Assembly: GCA_001600695.1 (NCBI GenBank)
Contig: BCKQ01000002.1
Span: forward strand, 2,289,351 to 2,295,256
Direction: 5' to 3'
Source of the DNA: Ascoidea asiatica JCM 7603
Lineage: Eukaryota; Fungi; Ascomycota
Length of the DNA stretch: 5,906 nucleotides
Each line of letters opens with the position of its first letter. Within the stretch, counting starts at the first letter, position 1. The notes under the pieces are model-generated. The model did not search any database and was not told the DNA's origin. It saw only the letters and a program-made list of their open reading frames with translations. Shown here piece by piece: positions 1 through 5,906 of this stretch. Both the position numbers and the translations under genes were made by a program.

Positions 1-407
1 TTTTGATTAATATTTGATAAAATTGGAGAAGTATTAATATTATTATTATTATTAATTGGAGAAGATTGATTGATTATATTTGAATTATTATTGTTGTTAT
101 TGAAATTATTCATATTGAAATTTGATATATTTTGATTTTGGATTTGATTATTGATTTGATTATTGATTTGGTTATTTATATTCATATTATTCATATTATT
201 CATATTATTCATATTATTCATATTATTAATGTTATTCATATTATTAATGTTATTCATATTATTTAAATTATTAAAATTACTTATATTCATATTATTATTA
301 TTATTATTGTTGTTATTATTATTATTTATATTGTAATTATTTTTTGTCTGTATCTGATAAGAAGTATTATTGTTATTGTTATTAATGTGATTATTGTAAT
401 AGTTCAT
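1..407 (-). CDS. N-terminal part of an Asn/Gln/Met-rich low-complexity protein (runs off the left edge; identity unknown)
   Basis: Manual translation from ATG at 407-405 (context ACA-ATG, A at -3) gives 135 stop-free codons to the edge: MNYYNNHINNNNNNTSYQIQTKNNYNINNNN...MNISNFNNLNNMNNINNMNN...QINNQINNQIQNQNISNFNMNNF...QSSPINNNNNINTSPILSNINQ. The AAT/AAC-dominated codon style matches the Asn tracts of the DSC2 gene. No stop falls inside the window, which probably explains its absence from the ORF track. Confidence 0.8.
   Translation of the reverse strand, partial: MNYYNNHINNNNNNTSYQIQTKNNYNINNNNNNNNNNNNMNISNFNNLNNMNNINNMNNINNMNNMNNMNNMNNMNINNQINNQINNQIQNQNISNFNMNNFNNNNNNSNIINQSSPINNNNNINTSPILSNINQ
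181..279. repeat. Coding 9-bp minisatellite (TTCATATTA and variants, 11 units) encoding NNM/NNI/NNL-type tripeptides
   Basis: Five perfect TTCATATTA copies at 181-225, then alternating TTAATGTTA/TTCATATTA, then two degenerate units. Confidence 0.9.
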
Positions 408-440
408 TGTATTATAATATATTTGAAATATAATGAGATT

Positions 441-480
441 GAATAATTTTAAATAATTTTAAATAATTTTGAATAACTTT
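441..480. repeat. 10-bp tandem repeat x4 (RAATAAYTTT) just upstream of the minus-strand CDS
   Basis: gaataatttt aaataatttt aaataatttt gaataacttt. Confidence 0.85.
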
Positions 481-560
481 AAAGAAGATTTTTGAAAAGT
501 TTAGTAAAAAGTTAAGTAAAATTAAGGGATGAGATTATTGTTTATATTGTTATTTCTAAG

Positions 561-581
561 ATATATATATATATATATATA
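561..581. repeat. (AT)10 microsatellite, TATA-like
   Basis: Read directly; lies about 155-175 nt upstream of the minus-strand ATG. Confidence 0.9.
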
Positions 582-629
582 AATATATAATTATAATAAA
601 ATAAAATGAATTAAAAAGAGAATTTAAAT

Positions 630-630
<1 letters not shown>

Positions 631-680
<50 letters not shown>
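631..680. repeat. (TGAT)12 microsatellite
   Basis: Twelve perfect TGAT units plus TG. Confidence 0.95.
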
Positions 681-681
<1 letters not shown>

Positions 682-886
682 ATACTATTATATAACCGGT
701 ATAAGTTTTTTGAATTAAGGGATGAATAAGAGATTAAAATGATTTATACTAAAAGTTGAAAATAATATTGATGATTTTTTAAAATTGTTGGATTTGAGAT
801 TAAATTTGAATTTGAAATAGACTAGAGTGAATTATAGATTTAGATATTGATATGAATTAATAAATACTTTACATTTAATATATAAA

Positions 887-911
887 CAGTCAGTCAGTCA
901 GTCAGTCAGTC
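887..911. repeat. (CAGT)6 microsatellite
   Basis: Six perfect CAGT units plus C. Confidence 0.95.
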
Positions 912-1023
912 TATTTTAAATATAAATAAATAAATATATTCAGAAAACTTGATAAATAGAATAATAGTAAGTAAATTATTAATAAGAAATAGTGAAATAA
1001 TGAAAATAAAGGTTTAAATTGAT

Positions 1024-1050
1024 GTGAAATGTGAAATGCGAAATGTGAAG
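1024..1050. repeat. 7-bp tandem repeat (GTGAAAT), about 4 copies
   Basis: gtgaaat gtgaaat gcgaaat gtgaag. Confidence 0.8.
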
Positions 1051-1149
1051 CAAGAGAAGCAATATTCTGAACATAAAGGGATAGTGATTATTGTTACTAC
1101 TGCAGTTGCAGTTGTAGTATTACTGTGGTAGTTGTTGGTATTGTAGCAG

Positions 1150-1440
1150 CATACTCAAATGGTTGCACTCGTCAATTGTGTGGTTGTGGTTGACTCGCCA
1201 CCCAAACACGCCCACGCCCGCGCAGACGAGCCCTTTTCCCAGCGCAGTTTCGCTCTTTGTTCGCTGCCCGCTCGCTTTCTCCTGCCCCGGTAGCACCACG
1301 AAAGTGCTGGGGGTCATGCGGCAGGCACCACGCCGTCGCCATGGACCAATCACAGCCAGCCCCGTCTCGCTGGAAGGTGGAAAAACAGCCCAGTGGCAAA
1401 GTCACGGGGCCTTAGTCCGGACCTCGCGGGGCTGCTGCTT
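1150..1440. promoter_or_regulatory. GC-rich core of a divergent promoter (putative shared UAS)
   Basis: Hand count gives 156/240 = 65% GC over 1201-1440, against very AT-rich flanks, and it lies between two divergent ATGs (407 -, 1880 +). Motif matches: TGACTC 1191 (Gcn4-like), CACGAAA 1297 (SCB-like), CTGGGG 1307 and GCGGGG 1426 (Mig1-like), CCAATCA 1346 (Hap), GGTGGAAAA 1376 and AGTGGCAAA 1392 (Rpn4/PACE-like). These are consensus matches only. Confidence 0.6.
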
Positions 1441-1605
1441 CTTTTTTTAGATTATTCCTACAAAATCCCATCGTTGTGGGTGCTTATTACCAAAAGCTAG
1501 AGTCTCCACACATCTGGTCTCAGATTAAAAAAAAAAAAATCCTTACAACAGCAGAGTCCATAATTGAGGGTCTTCTTTTTATTATATTATCATCTATCTC
1601 GCTTC

Positions 1606-1612
1606 TCACGTG
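1606..1612. promoter_or_regulatory. TCACGTG E-box (bHLH site of the Cbf1/Tye7/SREBP type)
   Basis: Exact match about 270 nt upstream of the DSC2 ATG; function is not shown. Confidence 0.35.
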
Positions 1613-1879
1613 CCTTTGTCTCTGTTTTGTATTCTTCTTTGATTTTAAAGGTATTTATTTATTTTCATTTTAAACTGGTGTATTTTGTAATTGACGAAAC
1701 TTCACGAAGTACAAGAATCAAAAGAATATTATCATTACAATTTATCATATAAATCATTATTCTTCCTACTTATTAATCAATTTAATCTAAAACTCATTTA
1801 AAATCAATTGAAGAAAAACTTATATATAAATAAATTCATAACAATCCTTTTTTTGTTTTTTTTTTTCTTTAAAAAAAAT

Positions 1880-2872
1880 ATGGCATCTCCAATATCTTTA
1901 ATCAAAGGTTTTAAAAATAATAATATTTCAAAATATTTAATAATAATTAATATAATATTTCCAATAATAATTTCAATATCAGGTTTAAAATATATAATTG
2001 ATTTTAATTTTTTTTTAAATATTATTAAATTTAATCAATTTTATAAAATTTTTATATTTCAAATTTTTTTTAAAAATGAATCTCAAATTTTATTATCTTC
2101 ATTATTATTTTATAATTTTAAAAATTTAGAAAAAATTTTAAATTCAATTAAATTTTTATCTTTTATAATTTTAATTTATTCTTATACTATTTTAACAATC
2201 TTTTTTTTAAATTTAATTAATTTATCTTTAAATATCTTAATCAATAATAATATCAATAATAATATTAATATTAATAATAATAACATTAATAATAATGAAA
2301 TCAATAATCAATTAAATATTTTACCATTTAATCAATTTTCTTCTGGTCCATTTTCAATACTTTTTGCTCTTTTATTTTTATATTATGAATTCATACCTAT
2401 AATATATAATTTTGAAATTATAATCAATTCAAATAATCCAATCAAATCAAATATTAAAACTTCTTTCAATAACAATACCAATACCAATACCAATATTAAT
2501 AATAATGATAATACTTTTTTAATTAATGATAAATTCTTTATATATTTCTTATCTATACTTTTATTATTCTCTGAAGGTTGGAATTCAATAAAAATTTCTT
2601 TAATTGGTTGGTTTTTAGCTTTTTTAATTTATAGAGATATTTTACCTGGTAAAAATTGGATTTTTCCATTTTATAATCTTTTCATCTCAAATTCAATTCC
2701 AAATTCAATCTCAACTACAAATTCAATTTCAAATTCAATTACAAATTCAAATAATATTATCAATAATAATAACAATAATAATAACAACAATACTAATAAT
2801 AGTAGTGGTGATGATGATTTACCTGTTAGACCTTTGGCTTCTCAATTCTTTGATACCTTCAGAAGAGTTTAA
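1880..2872 (+). CDS. DSC2: Dsc (Tul1) E3 ubiquitin ligase complex subunit 2, rhomboid-like pseudoprotease, 330 aa
   Basis: Multi-pass membrane protein collinear with S. cerevisiae Dsc2/Yol073c as I recall it: QFYKIFIFQ..NESQ, FKNLEKILNSIKF (derlin/rhomboid LER-like motif), NQFSSGP, YYEFIPIIYNFEI, INDKF, LPGKNWIFPF, and the C-terminal RPLASQFFDTFRR (yeast RPLGVQFLDTFRR). The likely start is the ATG at 1880 (AAATA-TG context), not the TTG at 1808 used by the ORF track. Confidence 0.92.
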   Translation: MASPISLIKGFKNNNISKYLIIINIIFPIIISISGLKYIIDFNFFLNIIKFNQFYKIFIFQIFFKNESQILLSSLLFYNFKNLEKILNSIKFLSFIILIYSYTILTIFFLNLINLSLNILINNNINNNININNNNINNNEINNQLNILPFNQFSSGPFSILFALLFLYYEFIPIIYNFEIIINSNNPIKSNIKTSFNNNTNTNTNINNNDNTFLINDKFFIYFLSILLLFSEGWNSIKISLIGWFLAFLIYRDILPGKNWIFPFYNLFISNSIPNSISTTNSISNSITNSNNIINNNNNNNNNNTNNSSGDDDLPVRPLASQFFDTFRRV

Positions 2873-2930
2873 TCTATATTATATTCTATTTCTCATAACA
2901 ACTATTCATTAAAAGTAGATTAAAATCGAT

Positions 2931-2957
2931 AATTGATAAAATTGATAAAATTGATAA
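2931..2957. repeat. (AATTGATAA)3 tandem repeat in the DSC2 3' region
   Basis: Three perfect 9-mers about 60 nt after the stop codon. Confidence 0.85.
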
Positions 2958-2984
2958 AATTTGAATTTATTTTTAATTTTATAA

Positions 2985-3107
2985 TAAACGCTGGTAAACG
3001 CAGGTACTGCATTTACGTGCTTATGAACACGTTTTCAATTACCACCATCATGGGTCAATCATTATTATACTTTTATTAAGTTCTGCTTACAAAAGTCAGA
3101 TTTTTTT
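2985..3107. other. Higher-complexity, hairpin-rich island of unknown function
   Basis: Stem-loops at 2994-3016, 3015-3032 and 3082-3100, a 10-bp direct repeat TAAACGCWGG x2 (2985-3004), and T7 at 3101-3107. Confidence 0.3.
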
Positions 3108-3414
3108 AATTTAATACAAAAAAAATAATATTTATTAATAAGTTGAGGTTGTTAAAAACAAATTGAATGATGATAATTCAAAAATTAGTAAAATTAAAAA
3201 GAAAAAAAGAAAAAGATTAAAGCTTTTTATAGTAAATTTTTTTTTTTTTTTTTTTGAAATGATTATATGATTTGCACTTGCAGTAATTAAGTTTTGAAAC
3301 ATTTTTTTAGTTTTATTATTAATAGAAATATCACTTGAAAAATTGAAACACATAAAATAAATTGAAACAAAAAATTAAAACAAAAAAACAATCACGGGAT
3401 CATAACTTAGTGTT

Positions 3415-4912
3415 CTATGAACTAAAGTCAGAAATGGTTGTTAAAGCATTTATGTCAACGGAATACTTATTTGTAAAAGTTTCCAAATTGGAGTCATTAC
3501 TTGGGGTTTGAATTACGTTAAGCTGATCCACGGTGCAATGCCTAGTGAGATCAGCTCCCGTAAGTTCCTTTAGAAGTACTGTTGTGTCTAATATTTTATG
3601 GATTCTTTAAGGGCCTAACCATTTTGGATATAGCTTTTTTTGAGCTCTATTATTCCATTTCATAACTCGGAAAATCCCTAAGTCAGTCGTTGGCAATGTT
3701 GAAGGAGTAACTTTAAATGATTTATCAAACTTAAGTTTTTCCTCTATTTCCTTTTTAACAAATTTAATTCAGAAACCTTTTCAATAATATCTATTGTTTC
3801 TAAAGCATCCATTCAAGTACTAATCCGTTGATCTATAGCTAAATTGTTTAACTTTGAATTGAATAAATCTAAAACATTATCAATATAGTTGGAAGCTTTG
3901 TATCGAAAGGTGAGGAATCCTGGGCTTTACCCTCTGCTTCGTCTAGAAGTCCATCTCTCACAATAGCATACAGTAAATAGGTTGTCCGACCATCTTTCTG
4001 CAGGAAACTTCATTACAGGTCTAACAACCAACGAGTGAGTAGCTTCACTTGCTACTCACTCGTTTGTACCATTAGTCTCTGGATGATAACTAGAAGCTAT
4101 AATATGGTGGATACCATATGTTTCACCCACATTATCAAAGTTTTTATTATTGTATTCAAACCCACCATCAGACATTAACTCGGCAGGAGTACCATAACGA
4201 TGAATTATTTATTCTCTGAAAAATTTTGATAGTGTCTTAGAATTCAATTTGTTTAAGCAAGCGGTTCCACATAGAGTGTATGAGCATCTCTAAATAGAGT
4301 GAGGTAACGGAATCCATAATAATATTCTGGAAGATAGACAGTATGCACAATAATTCGGTTAAAAATTCCTGCAGTAATATTAAAATTTAAAGGGATTTCA
4401 TTTGGTGGAGTTGAAGAGAATAATTGACATTCAGTACATGTTTTAAGAAGTTCTAGAATAATATTCAGAAGTTTTGGAATCAAATATTTCCGATTAACTA
4501 AATGGTGGATTGAGGTAATACTGGAATGACCCTCATGGTAATAGTAAATAAGGAGACTAATTATAGTTGGATTTGTAACAACTAAACGTATTGTTCCTTT
4601 AAAGTGTTTGTATAATTTCATATCACTTACCACAAATTAAAGGCAAATTGAGATATATTGATTCTTTGACATAAAGTTTAATAATAGGTTTGTAGTATTT
4701 TCATCTAGCCACACAGGTATCTGATAAGTAGTTAAAAACAAAATTATATCTAGATAGGGGATGTTCTTACACATTGATATTTCTTTTTCTAGGATACCTT
4801 TTACTGTATTCACATAATTATTCTCGATAAATTGTTTCTCTTCTTGAGATAAGCTAAGTAGACCAACAATACTTAAAGATTTAATAATTACATCATTTGC
4901 TTGTGTGTTATT
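3415..4912 (-). pseudogene. Disrupted RNaseH-IN linker and integrase (HHCC zinc finger, rve core, GPY/F module, no chromodomain)
   Basis: YHEGH...CTEC; IIVHTV (first catalytic D read as H, CAT at 4345-4343); RYGTPAELMSDGGFEY; SSYHPETNG; KLYPKWLGP*RI. In-frame stops at 4637-39, 4209-11, 4056-58, 3927-29, 3813-15 and 3607-09, and frameshifts near 4265 and near 3750-3770. Confidence 0.93.
4030..4064. repeat. Perfect 14-bp inverted repeat with 7-nt spacer inside the integrase core
   Basis: AACGAGTGAGTAGC-ttcactt-GCTACTCACTCGTT. Confidence 0.97.
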
Positions 4913-5905
4913 TTATACCAACTCAATTCTTTTAATCATTGGCGTTTGTGTTGATTCTTCTAAGTCTGGTTCAAATACTTCGGATATTCTTGACCATATA
5001 TTAGCTAGGTTATCTTTACCTTTGAGATGAAAGATTTTATAATTGAATTGAGATATGACTGTAAAAGCCTTGCTGATAATAGTATTCGGAAATGTGGCAG
5101 GATTGATTTTATCTAAAGATATTACTGTTGCAGTATTATCAGAAAGTATTACAATGTTTGGAGGGAGATAGTACTTGAATCTTTCTATTCCCCTTCTAAT
5201 AGCCAAGGCTTCAAGATCATGAATCGCACGATTTTTCTCACCATCAGAAAAATGTCCAGATTCCAACTTTAATAAAAATTTCTTTGCATTTAATACCATA
5301 CCAGCATCAATCTTCTCAAAGTCAATATAAGGTATGTCAAGTCGACATAAGATAGCAGACCAACCTTTAAAGCTAGCATCGCAAACTAAAGCAATTGTTC
5401 GAGTTTCTTGATATCCGTCAAGCCCTTCATTAGCAATGACCTTGGATTTTAATAATTCTAAAGCATTTGAACACGACTCGTCCCTGGAATCGATAATTTT
5501 TGTTGTATTTTTGACATTTGATTTAACTTTAAGTAAAGCATACAATGGTTCAGCAGTATAACCAACAGTATTTATAAACGATCGATAAAAATTTAACACC
5601 CCAAGAATGGATCGAACTTCCTTAATAGTTGTAGGTTTTTTTAGTTCTTTTATTTTTTCAACAGTATCTTGAGGAATTTTCCTTTTACCATCTTCAAATT
5701 TGTATCCTAAGTATTTAAAGTTGTTACTGCATAGATAAAATTTTGATGGAGAGACCTTTAGACCGTTATTCTTTAGGACTAATAGCACAATAGCAACGGG
5801 TTTCACATGCTCAATGGCAGAATCTGGGTCCTCTAATATAGTTTTGGAACCACCTTTAATTGCTAGATCATCTACAAAAAGGAGAATTTTATCAGCAAAA
5901 TTAGC
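4913..5905 (-). CDS. pol: Open pol segment: C-terminal reverse transcriptase plus Ty3-type RNase H (5'-partial)
   Basis: The frame extends upstream of the tracked ORF to the edge: ANFADKILLFVDDLAIKGGSKTILEDPDSAIEHVKPV... (FVDD at 5878-5867). It has 330 sense codons and ends at TAA 4915-4913, which looks premature because the same frame continues into the integrase. Confidence 0.85.
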   Translation of the reverse strand, partial: ANFADKILLFVDDLAIKGGSKTILEDPDSAIEHVKPVAIVLLVLKNNGLKVSPSKFYLCSNNFKYLGYKFEDGKRKIPQDTVEKIKELKKPTTIKEVRSILGVLNFYRSFINTVGYTAEPLYALLKVKSNVKNTTKIIDSRDESCSNALELLKSKVIANEGLDGYQETRTIALVCDASFKGWSAILCRLDIPYIDFEKIDAGMVLNAKKFLLKLESGHFSDGEKNRAIHDLEALAIRRGIERFKYYLPPNIVILSDNTATVISLDKINPATFPNTIISKAFTVISQFNYKIFHLKGKDNLANIWSRISEVFEPDLEESTQTPMIKRIELV

Positions 5906-5906
5906 T

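Larger units (their letters stand above)
3415..5906 (-). mobile_element. Degenerate Ty3/gypsy (Metaviridae) retrotransposon pol region, order RT-RNaseH-IN, continuing beyond the right edge
   Basis: RT motifs FVDD and KYLGY, thumb VRSILGVLNFYRSFI, RNase H CDAS..E..SDN, integrase HHCC, D-35-E core and GPY/F module, all in Ty3/gypsy order. The terminal TAG is at 3417-3415. The region is more GC-rich than the host genes. Confidence 0.95.

Noticed and set aside
181-911. CRISPR-like array
   Set aside because: The repeats are contiguous micro- or minisatellites without unique spacers, and the context is eukaryotic.
480-1154. Possible minus-strand 5' UTR intron (GTATGC at ~1154, TACTAAA at ~506)
   Set aside because: The branch point does not match TACTAAC and the donor is non-consensus; it cannot be supported without RNA data.
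1120-1450. Three overlapping ORFs of 77-95 aa in the GC island
   Set aside because: They have no recognisable domains, overlap on both strands, mostly lack ATG starts, and differ in composition from the real genes. They are expected by chance where stop codons are rare.
1476-1752. ORFs of 65 and 62 aa
   Set aside because: Non-ATG starts and homopolymer-derived F/K/L runs in the DSC2 upstream region.
1808-1879. 24-aa N-terminal extension of DSC2 from TTG
   Set aside because: It translates poly-T/poly-A leader sequence. Homology begins at the ATG at 1880, which has good context.
2985-3200. tRNA, C/D snoRNA or hammerhead ribozyme near the element end
   Set aside because: No full cloverleaf or B-box, the ATGATGA at ~3167 has no nearby CTGA D box, and there is no CUGAUGA/GAAA core.
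3135-3353. 72-aa minus-strand ORF downstream of pol (possible env-like or extra ORF)
   Set aside because: Short and composed of homopolymer-encoded K and F runs, with no supporting motif.
3415-4915. Stop-codon readthrough or reassignment, or programmed frameshifting, in pol
   Set aside because: The stops are mixed TAA/TGA, replace different expected residues, and co-occur with frameshifts and a catalytic mutation. DSC2 terminates normally at TAA. This is ordinary decay.
1880-5906. CTG codon scarcity as a sign of a CUG-reassigned yeast code
   Set aside because: I noticed only one in-frame CTG (4468-4466, in pol). Low GC3 explains the rarity, so the window is uninformative on this.

Overview
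This is a very AT-rich eukaryotic window, most likely from a budding yeast (Saccharomycotina), inferred from the Dsc2 C-terminal signature and the intronless genes. (1) At 407 on the minus strand is the start of an Asn/Gln/Met-rich, prion-like CDS that runs off the window edge and is missing from the ORF track. (2) A 1.47 kb divergent intergenic region carries several microsatellites and a sharply bounded ~65% GC core with candidate transcription-factor sites. (3) An intact DSC2 orthologue (rhomboid pseudoprotease of the Dsc/Tul1 E3 ligase) lies at 1880-2872 (+). (4) A short hairpin-rich island lies at ~2985-3107. (5) A degenerate non-chromoviral Ty3/gypsy pol (RT-RNaseH-IN) lies on the minus strand from the window edge to 3415. 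The retroelement is the most unusual part: it has an FVDD RT active site, a caulimovirus-like RNase H, an uninterrupted RT-RNaseH frame beside an integrase half with 9 lesions, a 15-nt fold-back insertion at the integrase catalytic Glu, and no visible PPT or 3' LTR. I cannot establish a new biological system from the sequence alone.
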